A stretch of 64,000 nt of DNA from Octopus sinensis. Lineage: Eukaryota. Both the position numbers and the translations under genes were made by a program. Of this stretch, positions 1 through 14,624 are shown piece by piece. Numbering within the stretch: position 1 is the stretch's first letter; every line of letters begins with the position of its first letter. Under the pieces are notes generated by a model. It ran no database searches. It saw nothing but the letters and a program-made list of their open reading frames with translations, and was not told the origin of the DNA. The DNA is taken from positions 30,814,001 to 30,878,000 of the forward strand of contig NC_043005.1 in NCBI RefSeq assembly GCF_006345805.1. The letters are read 5' to 3'.

Positions 1-250
1 CTGCACTTAAACTTCTTGCCAGAAACTTTTGTTTGCAATATATTAGTTTTGCCTGAAAATTCCCATGCCAGGCATGACCAAAGACTGCTGATTTCAAAGA
101 AAGTATACAGATGTTTGTTGAGAAGAAAAAGGATTTAAAAACGGTGTGTATATATATGTAGAGTAAGTGATTATTTGTAATTGTTTCTCTGGTATCCAAG
201 AAATGTTGAATGATAAAGTAATGAGCAGATACCCAGCAAAGATATACATT

Positions 251-548
251 TGTAGTGACGCCTGGTTCCAGACGCCATTTGGGGATTTTCATCCATGCAT
301 GCACAGGGATTAGAGCCTTCCGGAAGCCCCTTATGCGCATGCATAGTCATCAGCAGCAGCTAGCTTTGACCGCTATTCTCCCTCTTCGGCCCTGGCTTCT
401 GACAAGACAGGATGCAACCTAGACCAGCTCCATGGAGCTGGAATTCTGATGGCGAGCGACGTTGCGAGTCTGTGAAAATGCCTTAGTATTTTTGTGTCTA
501 ACTACCAACCCTGCTGCTTCTCGCACACCGAGACGTCCAAGCTACCAA
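251..548. repeat. GC-rich interspersed element, possibly a solo LTR
   Basis: Begins TGTAG, ends CTACCA, GC well above background, internal 18-bp palindrome; no target-site duplication found. Confidence 0.3.
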
Positions 549-1120
549 TGTCCAGAGATGAAATGTTTATTCAGGCGAAATAAATTATTATTATTATTTG
601 ATTGGAGTTTCTTGCTCCCACTATTTTCCTTTCCACAACTATGTAAGGAATTGTGAGGCATCCATCCAATGCCAACTTCACCTCCTATACATTTGTATGC
701 ACCCTTATCTCCAGGTTTTGATGGATTGTGAATGGGGGATTACTATAGGTGCAGAAAATATAACATTTATCAGTTTAAATGCTTATGAAGTTGGTAGGAC
801 ACACAAATAGAAAACTTTAGATAGTATAGGCTGTCTCAATGCAACAGTTGCAGCTTCTGCACTTTTGGGTTTATGAAACTAAAATGGAAAACCAAAGAGT
901 AGTGATGGACAGCAAAATAACTAAGAACAATGACTATAGTGAGATAAAAGTTGATGGTGGATTTCCTCATTGTAAGACAATGATGTTTATTAAAATAAAA
1001 ACCTTTGCTGTTGAATCCAAGTAAAAGACTTGAGTATTTGTAAAACTAAATTCTTTGCATAAAGCTTTAAGCTAATATCTAACAAAAGTCAGTTTCAATA
1101 AATACAAATGAGTTACTTAC

Positions 1121-1279
1121 ACCTTTATTACCGACTGGAGGAGAACAATGTATCGCTTTTTTGTAATAAAATACAGCAGCATAAGTCAATCCCAGTTGAT
1201 GCATGGCACGTCCGACATTATACAAGGTTTCCTGACATTCACCTCGCAGCTCCGTATAGGCATTTACAAAAGAGAGGCC
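1121..1279 (-). CDS. GTF3C3: GTF3C3 exon 24 (GLSFVNAY...[12 protein letters not shown]...NKG); penultimate or earlier
   Basis: Conserved motif; ends at GTAAGT donor with no stop; C-terminal exon not seen in 1-1120. Confidence 0.96.
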
Positions 1280-4200
1280 CTGGGAGAGAAAAAAAGAAAT
1301 GCAGAACATTTTACTAAAATGAAGGTGATTAAAATTTCTAAACAAATACTTGTTTTAGAAAATGAATGTTATATATTTATATCCTGTCTATCAAAGCAGT
1401 TTTAATTGTAACAATTTATAACAAAAAGAAAAACAAAACATACTTGTATCAGGAGGGCATGTTTTTTCGATGAAAATTTCTGGCATGCCATGTGAATGAA
1501 TGCAAGACCAATGCACAAATTAACTAAAGGGTCACTGGGCTGCTGTCTGTAGACATTAACATATTCTCCTAGGAAATGAAATAAAATATGCATAAGCAAA
1601 ATTTCCAAAGTCTTTTTGCAAGAATAAAAAGCATTTTTATCATCAAAAACTTACATAAGAGAGTAAAGCAATAAAAAATATCAGCCATATACATTTCTAA
1701 CTAATACATTCTCAGAATTTTCTAGTTTAGTAACCAGCATATTTTGTGTCTGAACCTGCCTAGATGTATTAACAATGAATATACAAATATTTGTTCCAGA
1801 TCTTGTTGCACACAATACAACTAAAAAAAATTTAAGAAATAGGGTAGAAACTCTATAAGATGTACACTAAATGGAAGATAGTTTTTGTATGTGGCAGATG
1901 CTCAGGAGCAATAAACACTGAAATTGTGCAGAGAACAACTTCCACCACATTTCAGGGAGAAAAACTAGAAGTAGTTGATAGCTTGCATTACCTAGGTGAC
2001 CAAGTCAGTAGCGGGGGAGGGTGCGCTGAAAGTGTAGCCACTAGAATAAGAATAGCCTGGGCAAAGTTCAGAGAGCTCTTACCTCTGCTGGTGACAAAGG
2101 GCCTCTTGCTTAGAGTAAAAGGTAGACTATATGACGCATGTGTACGAACAGTCATACTATATGGCAGTGAAATATGGGCCGTGACTGCTGAGGACATGCG
2201 TAAGCTCACAAGAAATGAAGCCAGTATGCTCTGATGGATGTGCAATGTCAGTGTGCATACTCGACAGAGTGTTAGTACCTTGAGAGAAAAGTTGGACCTA
2301 AGAAGCATCAGATGTGGTGTGCAAGACAGACAACTGCGCTGGTATGGCCATGTGGCAAGAATGGATGTGGATAACTGGGTGAAAAAGTGCCACACCCTAG
2401 CGGTGGAGGGAACCTGTGGAAGAGGTAGACCCAGGAAGACCTGGGAAAGGGTGGGCGCATTGTGGATAAGTAAACATTGAAGCAAAATTCATAGTATTAA
2501 CGAAGAGAATGACAGGAGAAAGGAGAGATGGAGCAAGCATAAGTTAAATTAAATTAAATTAAATCAAATTAAATAAATTAATCAAGTGAAATATATGAAG
2601 TTAAGTTAAATCAATACAGGTGGGGGCTAGTGAGGCAGAATGTGGATTAATGCTGGGGTTGGGGGCAAAGACCAACTTATCTTATCTGTGCCTATCTTGG
2701 CATGCGTGTCTGATAGGTAACCAAAAGGTAAATCCTTGAGAGAGAAATCGAAGGTTTGGGATCTTATTTATACTAAATGGTTGGCAGGAGGCAATATGGC
2801 TGCCAGAAGTATGCAATGAAAATACATATAGAGGATATAGAAAGCTCTAAGTAAATACAGAGACGTTTATAACAAGTAAGATATGTAATAAGCTACGAAC
2901 AAACACCAAGAAATTTGTGTAGTATTTACATACCTAAGGAATGTTTATATGTTCCTGATACCATGGAATTATGAGCATTGAGTAAAGCAAGGGCAACGTT
3001 GTCTGGATGCTATTAAGACAAAGATGAAAGAATTATTGATTTGTTTTTTTTTTATTTTAATGTTGAAATGTACATTATAACCATTTGGCTCACACAAAGT
3101 TATTTGGAATAAATTACATTGCTTTCTGAATATATGGAGTGATCTGATTTAAATTAACAAAAAATCATTTCAAATTGCATCCAAAAGAATGTTGAACTAT
3201 GTTAGGAAATTGTTTTTACATTTAAAATATATATATGGTCTGATCAATAAGTATCTGAACTGTTGCCTTAGTAACGAAGCTAAAGAACACAGGGTAAAAC
3301 CGCTTAGGGAAGATTGACAGTGAACTCTACTGTGCATGCACACTAAGTTTTAACGTTCTAGCTCACTTCTGCTGTTTACAGTAGTGCTTGGAAGGAAGGT
3401 GTGTAGCATGTGATCATCGCATTGACCAAGACAGAGAAAGGTGAGCAGAGAATCAGCATCAAATTTTGCCAAAAGCTTCATGATACCTGCTCAGAGGCCT
3501 ATGCAAGGTTTTCAAAAAGTTTTTATCATTCTTGACATAATAAAGATCTTGTTATTGATCAGACCTCATATATATACTTTTATTCATTAAATATTATTTT
3601 TGATGGTTTAGTCAGAGGAGGAAAGGCAGTACCTAAAAACTTTCCCAGGATCTCCAAGATTTGTGGGAAGAAAAGAAAACATTATACTCAGAATAGAGAT
3701 CTGGTCTGAATGCTTTCCACAAAGTTGATTCTGCTAAAGATCCCCATGGCCAGGTGGTGGTGGTGGTGTTGAACTAGTAAACAGATTAATTTTGCCACCC
3801 CAAAACACTGACAAAGCTGTGGTTAGCACACGACTATCATAGAAGACATGAGTCCAAGGTGCTGTGCAGTGGAATTGAACTTCAAACTACACAGTTGCAA
3901 AGTAAACTTCTTTACCATTAAGCTATACCTACTATATTTAAAAATTGAAACACAATCCAATCAGTGAACATTATTTAGTATTTAATTCTTCACTGACCAT
4001 TTATTCTGACACAAATAGATTGCCTACCTATTTCACATGTTTTTCAAAATAACCAAAAGTTTGGCAGGCTTTCAAAAAATACCTTTCACACTTTTACTTG
4101 TTAGTTTTCATTAATGTTTAGTTCCTTCAAAAGCATTTCAGCCAGATCTATCCATTTGACCATTTTACCCAGAATCAAATAACTAGGATCACATTATCCA

Positions 4201-7200
4201 ATATGTCCTTTTCTAACAATGTGGGGTGTGATTTGCAGAAAATTTGGTTGCTATTTCTAGAAGGTCAAGTTATTGCATAGAAGCTCCCTTATACTAAGCT
4301 GAAGTTTGGAAAAGCAAAAGACAAATGTTTAGCATATGAAATGTTGGATTAATGATAAACAAGATTAAATATGAATACTTGAATCATAAAAGTTTGAGGG
4401 GATTAACGTTCAGTTTTTTTTTTTTTTTAAAGCAATACAATTTAAAGTGGAAGTATATAAGATATCGGCTTACTTTCATCATTAGACGTAAACAGAACCT
4501 GTTGTGACGCCCATCAGAAGAACATATAATGACTTGATTGAAAAGATTCCAGGCTTGGTTATTATTGATTTCCTAAATAAGACAAGAGAAAAGTATTTGA
4601 TAAAGTAATATTTCTATCTGAAACTTTTTAAAATTTATAAAAAAGACACTAATAACCTATTAAGTATAGATATAGTAAACTGACAGTCTAAAAGATACTA
4701 TCACAAAATAGAATTTTTCTTTTGGAGTATACTACATTTGATGTATCTTATGTAAATCTTCCAACATATACTGGTTTCTAACAATTAAATGGAATTCATA
4801 CATTTATTAAGAAATGGTTTGATTAATTTTCACTCTCCCTACAAAAGTAATATAATATTTGAAGATGGAAAAGTCAATTTTCTAGCAACAAACTTATACT
4901 TTTAATTGAATCACATATAGCAAACAAAATGAACTAAAAAAATACGCTTTTGAGTAATTAGGAAAAAAACCCTTTAAACAATGAAATTAATCACAGCTGT
5001 GAAAATAAAACTCAATGACTTCTTTGTTCTTGCTTCTCATTCATGACTTTATCAAGACAGAATTTTTTACTAATAGTGATCCACAGGTAATTCCTCGATT
5101 CTTCTTTGATTGGCAAAAGAGGATTCACAAAAATATGTTGTTCCAAATTAAATGAGTACACAGAATTCTTTTCCAGTGCTGAACACTAAAATTTCTCCAA
5201 AGACTAGCTTTTAAATTACAACCAAAGAGCTTGACTGGTCTGTAAATCAGTAAGATTTTACTTCAATCCATCTGATATTTTCTCCAAGTTGCAGGAATAT
5301 AGATTCATAATCTTTCTTTTTTTTTTTTTTTAATCCTTAGGGTTCCATCCAGTAGCAAAATATCCATCAAACAATTTTGACAGCATTTCCAAATATGCTA
5401 CAATTTCTTCAAGCTCAGTAAGAGTTATGTATCCAGCATCATCAGTCATCACTTCGAGTGAAGGGAAATTTGAGGGATTGCTTCTTTCTATCTGACACGA
5501 AAGGAGTAACTTTTTCTTTGGAATCATTTAGCTTTTCACAAGCCTTTAACATACTTATCCTTTCTTATCAAAAGAAGCCCTCAGGTCAATCACACAAATG
5601 AAACTGTCTGCTCAATAAGCTAGCATATGAATGAATTTTTGTGATTATAATGCTTCAGTTAGATTCCATTCACACTCCTGTAGAAAAACTTTTAATGTCT
5701 TGCTGCATGTTTCAAAGAAGTAAATTAAAATTTCTCCTGTGAAAAAAAAAAATAAAAAAGAGAAAAGAAAGGACTTTGTCACTTCCTACATCTTCACAAA
5801 ATGATTAGAAAGATAAGATGATTCAAAGCAATCTTCTTATTTGGTTGAAATAGCTCATAATTAGTAGTGTGTATTATTTATGACTGCATTTAGAAAAATA
5901 AAATAAACTAAGTAAAAAAAAAAAGAATAGCGCAAAAACTAACCTTGACACAAATTTCTCGAATAAGATTATATGCCAGCTTGCCATTTCTACTGAGAGT
6001 ACAAGCTATAAGGCATAAAAATTCAGCTTCCTACAGAGAAAACAAGTAACAGTGTGTTATATTTTTCTTATGAATAAAAACATAAATTTTTTTTCTCGGA
6101 AGTACATTTATAAAAAATCTTATTAATGTAATGAAAAATCTGTTGTTACCATTGCTCCTGACAGTACAATGTATCAGGTATAACAGCTCCGTTTTCTGAG
6201 AATAAAATACAATATCCATATACACTTCTGAATTTTGAAATATGTGTGAAGACAAAATTAGTATAACTGAGGTAAAGGTAATGTAAAAACTGGTAAATTT
6301 TGAAAGGGTAAAATGATTCTGAAAATGTAATGAAATCTTAATTAGATATGACAAGCATGTTAGGTTCATATTCTGCTTCAAATCCAGATGGAGTTGACTT
6401 TATCATTCTTTTACTTCTGATAAATACTAGTCAAATGCTGAGGATCAACTAAATCATCTATAATCCCCATGTTCATCCAAATAATATGTGTAGTCTTGTG
6501 CTGATTTCATTCTCATTATTGAAGGCATTATCGAATATCAATTTCAAATGCATGCAAATGAATTAAATTATAATATACACAATTGATTATAATTACATGG
6601 ATTTTATAATTTGGGGTTTTACAACTTGATCAGATATCGTAACATATGAGTAGTTAGTGGTTTCTTTTGAATTTACAGGTTTCTGTTCAGGAAATTAATT
6701 TTTCTTTGTCTGTGCTTCAGTAGTTTTCCCATACTTTAGTGGAATACACTATTAGATAGTGAAGCTGCATTAGTTTCAATAGGAAACTTCTTAAACAGGA
6801 GGCACTTGGTGCACAGAGGAGGAATTTCAGTCAAAGAAAGGTTTCTGAACTGAGAAAGAATGTGTGTGTGTGTCAGGTTGGTATAAAATGTAATGGCTGA
6901 TTTTAAGGTCTCTATTAAAAATAAAAAAGTCCATGATTTAGACAATATTCATTAACATAATTTCCATTGCTTTCTAGAACTTCATTCCATTTGCCAACAA
7001 GCTTGTAAAATTGTTTAGGTTTTGATGCGAAATATGAATCCAACTCATTTTCAACCTCTTCTCTTGATGTCAATCAAAAACCATTCATAATGGACAATTC
7101 ATTCAATATCCCACCATACATTCAACATGATCTTCCTTGTTTGAAGTTCTCCCCTTAATTGTTGAACAAGTCTTCCTCCTCGACTGATCCACAATTGGCA

Positions 7201-10200
7201 GTGTTTAATATTATGGTAAAGGATCCACTTCTCATCACCTGTAACAAGCCTTCCTAATAATGGTTCCTTTAAGGTGTTGTGAAAGCAATGATTGACAACA
7301 AACAACATGTAGATTCTTTGGAGACAGTTTGTGCAGGACCCATTTTCCAACCACTGAAACCTTTCCGATCCTTTTCAGTTGACACAGAACAGTTGTATGG
7401 GATAGTGTATGCAATGAATGATTATGAATGTGAAAGAAATGTAAAGAATATTTGGTGGCTTGCATGTAACCCACTTTATATTCAAGAATAACAGCTGCTA
7501 ATTTCATTCTCTCTTTATATTATATTATAAAAATTTCTTTTAAAAATGTCTGTGATATTTAAAACTTGACAACATTTAAGATAAAGGGAATGGTCTACTT
7601 GAATCTGTTATGCAACATATGTCCATTATTAAAAACATAATAGAGAATAAAGAAGCTGATTATATAAAATAATACATGTATGAACAGATGGGAGAATGTC
7701 GCGACATTAAAACATAAAGGCAATTACCTTTACTGAATATGAGAAAAGTGTATGCTATGCTAGGATAAGTAGGAGATGAAAGCAGATCGAGTGGAACAAA
7801 ATAATATGTTTCTTTGTGGAATCTGAGTTGGCTCTGTTGTGGAGTTCAAATTATCAGTTTTATAACTGTGGCAAAATTTTCTTGAATCTTCTAAGAAGTA
7901 AACCGTGACACATTTCTTGAATGTTTGCTGTCATTGACTGATAAGTGCCAGCTGCTAATGACAGGCTGATAAACATTTATATGGTTTCCCATTCTCTCAA
8001 GGCTGTTTGTACTTTTTATGTTGAATTATGGAACAATTGTGCAAAGAGTTAAACTGCTTTAAATCTACCTCATTTAACAATTGTTCAACAATGAATCTTG
8101 ATAGGCAAGTCAAACATCATAACTTAAATGCAACTTGTGTTTATTTTCCCTGCTCAATGGTGAATATGACATCAAGAATCAGAGAAACTGAAGAAAGAAA
8201 TACAATCATTTAAATTCACTTAATGTTCTTCATAACTTTATATCTTTGAATCCTTCAGACATTTCACTTAGGCAATAACAACAAGAGCTGAATTATATCT
8301 TATCAAGGTATACTTAGTCACAGATCAATTGTTATATGATTTTCTCTTTGATCTTCATAAGCAGTTTGATTACCAAAGCATCTCCTTTACCTGTGTAGTA
8401 TTTTATGATGACACTGATATACTAATTATTGGATATGATACCTTCCTGTATAACTTGATTAACTATCCAGCTAGTAATCAGATATCTTACCTCACTAGAT
8501 ATTTTGAGCATCTCTGCAACTATTCCTGATGGACCCAGAGCTTTCCTTCTCTTCATGTTCCTAATTGATTCATTTACAATGCTGCTGTCAACTTGAATTG
8601 CTGGTCCCTTCATAGGATCAGAATGAGATAGCCCCTCTATATTGCATGCATTCTCCACATTCTGCAACCTGTCATAATAGCACTTCCATATCACTTTCTT
8701 GTCTTCCATATCTATGATGTACGCCTTCATCATTCTGAAAACATTTCTTACTAATGAGGTCTCACTTCTCTCTCACACACTGTCTTGCAATCCTGAACAC
8801 TTCATGCTTTTGATACTCACTTTACAGGATGCATATAATTTTTTACAGATATTAATATTAAATAATTAAGGAAAGCGAAAGTTAACATTACTTTATATTT
8901 CTCTTCATCTCCCAATATTTGGGGATTTGTTAAACCATGAATACAAGCATCCAAAAGGTCATTGTACATCTTCTTTTCCCAAAGACCACGACACAACTAT
9001 AAAAAGAAAAAATATAGATTAAAGCAGAAATGAAGTAATATTTTTGAGTTCAACTTTATTTTGGTGCAAGATAATTCAAAAAAATCTTTTTTTAATTATA
9101 TCCAGAAATACACACAGCTAAAATGCATTTGCTTATATTTCTCTAACCTCAAGTTTATCTGATAAATATTGTATATCATATTTCTGCTGATACTTTGTTA
9201 TCACCTATTCTTCCCATGATAGCATGATTTTGAAATTTCTGCAGTATTGCCAAACTGATTAACCCTTTCTTATCTGATATAAGACTCAACATCCAAGATT
9301 GACATGTACACTCAATGTGTGTATTGTCACCTCTCTTTGCATGAACTAGATTGACATGTACACTCATTGTGGAAGTGGTATCACAGAAGGTATAGGATTG
9401 GTAAGCTGATATTTGCAGATGACATAGAAAGTGCAATGATGATTGCTTCTCATAAGATCCAATGGAGAAATTATCTGAGGACTCTACCCCCATAACCCTC
9501 CCATGAATAGTGGGCAGAGAAAATGGATTGTAAAACAGATTGTTTCATTCAGTACTCATAGTCCATATCAATGTTGTGATCTGTACTGCATAAATGGGTT
9601 TTTAATACCCAGTTACATTCTTGTACAGATCATATTGTCTCAACTGTTTGTTTGTTTTTTAGGTGTTGGCATACAAGTAATCCAATTGACCACACAACTC
9701 CTTTCTTTCCATTCTCTACAAATGTTATGTATTGTTAATGCCTATGTCTTAGTAACATGCAGCATTATATTTTATGCATGTTTCAAACAGTTAGCCTTCT
9801 GAACAGAAAAAGAATCATTTTAGTATAAAAAAAGGTATCAAACTCTAACATTGTTCCATCCCTTTCTTATCTAGTCACAGTAAGTTTACTGTAACCAATC
9901 AAAGCATTAATTATGCCATGTAGATAAATGCCTACTTATAGTGGATTTATGAATAATTTACAGCTTTATTTTATAACCTATCTTATCTAAACCCCAGATT
10001 TCCTATCAATTTACCACTGAGCCCATTGCACCTCTTTTGTGACCATTTCTTTTATTGGGTGCTTAAAAGTGTTTACTTATCAATCAAATGTATTTTTCTA
10101 ATGTCAAAGATATTTTATGTTCAAAATTACTAATTAATAATTCAATTTTTGCCATGTGAAACATGACTGGAAACAACTATTCCAATACATCAAAAACTAG

Positions 10201-13200
10201 GATAGTTTATAAAAATAAAATAACACCAGAGTAAATGAAAGCAAGAAATGTTTCCTAGTAGTTCATACTCACTTCAGAATTATCAGAAATTATTTATAAA
10301 AATGCTTAAGTACAGAGCAAAGCTTTGTGAATTGACAAAAAAATCTTAATCAGCATAACATTACTAATTGGTTCAAATACCATAACAAAGAAATAAAAAA
10401 AAAACATCATGTTAGGTGTGTATATTCATAAAGAAGGTTTACACATACCATCAAAAATATATCCCAAAGATCATCAGCAGAAACAAGTGTTTCTGAAAAA
10501 TATTCTAAAGAGAAAAGAAATAAATTAAATTATTTAGAGTTTAATCAGTTATTAAAAATACAAATAGAGAAAAATGAGTGATTTTTTATTGTTACGCTAA
10601 GATCAAATGTTTTCTTAAGATGGATAATATCCTTCCTTAACCGATCTTGCTGGTCTAGGATGGTGCTCTTAGCGCTCCACTCGCATGGATGCCAGTCATC
10701 GAATTTGATTTCGATTTTGATTTCACTTGCCTCAACAAGTCTTCACAAGCAGAGTTTAGTGTCCTGGTCACTAGTCATTCCTAAGGGAGGCCTAATATTC
10801 GAAGGTCATGCTTCACCACCTCATCCCAGGTCTTCCTCAACCGCTAGGGTGTGGCACTTTTTCACACAGCTATCCTCATCCATTCTCACCACATGACCAT
10901 ACCAGTGCAGTCGTCACATCTGATGCTTCTTAGGTCCAACTTTTCTCTCAAGGTAACACTCCTTTGAGTATGCACACTGACATTACACATCCATCGGAGC
11001 ATACTGGCTTCATTCCTTGCAAGTTTACACATGTCCTCAGCAGTCACAGCCCATGTTTCCCTGCTATGTAGCATGGCTGTTCGTACACATGCGTCATACA
11101 GTCTACCTTCTACTCTGAGAGGCCCTTTGTCACCAGGAGAGGTAAGAGCTTATCTTATTCTAGCAGCTACACTTTCAGTGCACCCTCCCCCACTACTGAC
11201 TTGGTCACCTAGGTAACGGAAGCTATCAACTACTTCGAACTCGGAATCTTGGGATTAGTAGCCCACGCTCTTAACGACTATGCCACATGCCCATGGACAA
11301 TTATGGAGTGAATTTTAGGGCTTATAAATCTAATATTCTCCTATCCTTCCTTAATACTGGTTCCCATATGCTGTTCATATCTGCACTCGGTCTGCTTAAG
11401 AGGTTGTTGTGTCCTAGCATAGGTGCTGCTTCTTTTAGTTTCCATATTTTCCAGTGGTGTTCTCTGTCTATTATTTTAACTTCATCCCACAGGGGGAGGT
11501 GGTCTCCATTTTTCCATGCATGATCAGCTATACCTGATCTATGACATCTTCCTGTGTCACAGCTTTGCAATGTTCCTCTACTCTTTTTTTGAGGGGGCGG
11601 CATGTTTTGCCTTTGTATAACCTACCATAGCCACATGGGATGGAGTACACGCTGTGTTTGGTGATATTCTCTTCCATTGGTGGTTTTACTTGAAGGAGAT
11701 ATTTGCAAAGTGTTGTATTACTTTTTAATACTGTCCTGATGTCATACAGGCTGCCTATCTTTTATATCTTTTCAGAGAGGCCTTTCACATAGGTTAGACA
11801 GACTGTGGACAGTTTATTGGTTTCAACCTCTCTTTTCTTCATAATTGGAGTGGAGAGTATGCTTTTGGGTAGTTGTTGCTTAACAGCAGCAGCAGTACCA
11901 GCACCACCACCACCAACAGCACCACTACCAACACCAACAACAACATTGAAAACTACCTTAGGAATGAGAACCTGGGTTTGAAATTTCCCTAAGACACCTG
12001 ATGAAGGCTGGAGGGTATATGAGCCGAAATGTTGTGTTAACAACAAACAAGATGAGTACAAATATCCGTCAATTGTAAATAATGTACATAATTCCTCATC
12101 TCTTAAATATAGAACTATATTTGTTCCACAGTCTTCAAAATCATTTGGACGGAAAAAATATAAATTCTATAGACAAGGTCAGAACAGCACTGGAGTTCAG
12201 AACAATACAAGGACAAGTGAATTTTGGAAGAGGAACCTTGCAAGTCTACCAGATAGACAGAAGAGCATTGTAGAAAATCAAGGAGAGTATATTTTAGATT
12301 AAAAAAGAACTTTATCTTAATTTTGAAAAATAAAAGAAAAAAACTGCATTATTTATGGGATGACCCAATATATATATATTACACATGCAGATACATGTTT
12401 TAACTTGGCAGTGAATGTTTTTCTTTGCTTTTTTTTACAGCAAATTAAATTTTTCAGAAGCAATGACATTTGGAAGGAGAAAAGAAATACAAAAAAAAAA
12501 TTCTTTACCTTTCTTCCCAATGTGTTGGTAAAAATATTCTAAACTTTCAGCACGGCTTCTTCGACTCATAAATTCAAATATAACTGAAATAAAAAGAAGT
12601 AATGGTAAAATCTGAAGAATCTGGAAACTTCTTGGGGGAAAAATTTGAATATTCTATTGCAAACTGATATTACTTAGAGTTCTTTTTTGTATATCTTCTC
12701 TAAGATTGGTTTCTTTTAGCACCAAGAGATCTTTATCTAAATATCTTTACTGATACAATCTCTTGCAGGCTATAACTACACTTGGATCATGAAGGTAACC
12801 TCAGTGGTAAGAACTTGTACCTTATTTTACTATAATCATCAACAGGTTGAAAGCTACCTATGTAAATATGTGAGCAGGTAGTGTTGTCTAAAGTTGGCAG
12901 TGTCTTTGACTCAGTAGAAAGTCTGAAAACTCCTGATTGTTATACACTGTGGAATGAAATGCAAGAAAAGTCATTCATTAAAGATAAATAAGTTAAATTA
13001 TAATTTCTAGGAATGATAACAATGCTCTGGTTGCTGGTTTACTATCTTTTAAAACCTTTCATCTACATTCACACAACACAACTTCAAAAACCATTTAATT
13101 AACTGAAAACCAGATACGGAGGCTCTGTTCACAAAACTATTCTAGGGTTGTAATCTCCAATAGCTGCTAAGATTATTCAGCATAAAATGATATTTTATAT

Positions 13201-14329
13201 ACTCAATATGGTCAAAGGACAAAAATATGAAAACACCTGTCAAGGTGGTGGAGTAGTCCTGGTCACTAAATACAAATATGGTAGAGTCTCACATATGTAA
13301 TACAGTGGGTGAGTTGATAAACCTCAAGAAATGGAAATTATTCTAATAATTACAAGACAAAAACATCCTCTAGGCAGTCTTTGATTTGCTGATGGTAAAG
13401 AGGAATGCTAAACCTTGTCAATCTTATTGACTGTTGGGTGGGGAGAGGGGCTTTGAAGGCCCTTAGGTATAGCCCACTTTTTCTAGAACATATTTTTATT
13501 AAAGAGGGGAGATAATAGTCACAAAATATGTTGATTTAAACTTTTGGACAATCTGAGGCAACAGTTTTAGTAAAATGTGCAGAGCTAATTTTGGTGCAGC
13601 TCCTGTAGAACTGTTCAATCCATGCCAGCATGGAAAACAGACATTAAATGATGGTGAAGATGATTCAACCTGACTGCTTACCTATGAAGTTTCTTTCAAG
13701 TGTGAAGAAAGACCATTGCCTTCACAAACTGCATTTAGCATGGTGTAAAGGAGATCAACATTGGCTCATTACCAGAAAATAGTCCAAGAGAATTAATACA
13801 AAATTTGAAACAAAAATAAAGATAAAGAAAAAATTGTTTACCTTTTCTGAAGACTGGCTTCCATTCATCTCTGACATGACTGAAAAGTAACTGTTTTGCA
13901 CATTGGTAGAACTCATCAAAACGGTTAAGGGAATAAAGCAAGTGGCATTTGTGAACCAGCAATATGTGGTCCTGCAGATATAAAGAAAATACGTCAATTT
14001 ATAGAGTGACATGCAGAAAAAGTAATGTTTTAGAAATAGTAATGATGAATGTAATTACCTAAAACAATTTAAGTACATGTATTAAGTGATTAACTGCAAC
14101 TTGGTGTTATTTAATTTAGGGAGGGAAATAAGAAAGGCTCTACTTTTGTGAAAGAAAACCTACAAGTGAAATAAACCAACAAATATATTCAAAACATTTT
14201 CATTTGAAGAAAGTTTTTATATGAGAAAAACAAGATTACACTATAGAACAGAAAAGAAATAGTCAAAAGAAAGTAATAAAGAAAAAATATGTTGTTGGAG
14301 CCTCATATGTCGAAACCAATGGGAGAGTT

Positions 14330-14377
<48 letters not shown>

Positions 14378-14406
14378 TTACATATACATAGGAGGAGAAT
14401 ATATAT

Positions 14407-14465
<59 letters not shown>

Positions 14466-14591
14466 AGAGCTTACGAAAAAAACAAAAGACAAAGACAGGT
14501 GGTGTACAAAACAAATACATGTATTAGTATAACGCTCAGGAATAGAAAAAGTCTTTTACATTTCGAGCCTACGCTCTTTTACATGTGTATG

Positions 14592-14624
<33 letters not shown>

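Noticed and set aside
1-1120. Final GTF3C3 exon (expected DLxRxxAYNLSLIY-like)
   Set aside because: No matching minus-strand sequence found; presumed outside the window.
5330-5527. EF-hand-like [12 protein letters not shown] in a 65-aa ORF
   Set aside because: Flanking frames show hAT transposase motifs in order; the resemblance is coincidental.
9176-9493. 105-aa ORF with FCDTTS, reminiscent of an XPG-like GCDTTS motif in Academ-type proteins
   Set aside because: Only one short motif, and the ORF includes an internal 19-bp duplication; too weak to call.
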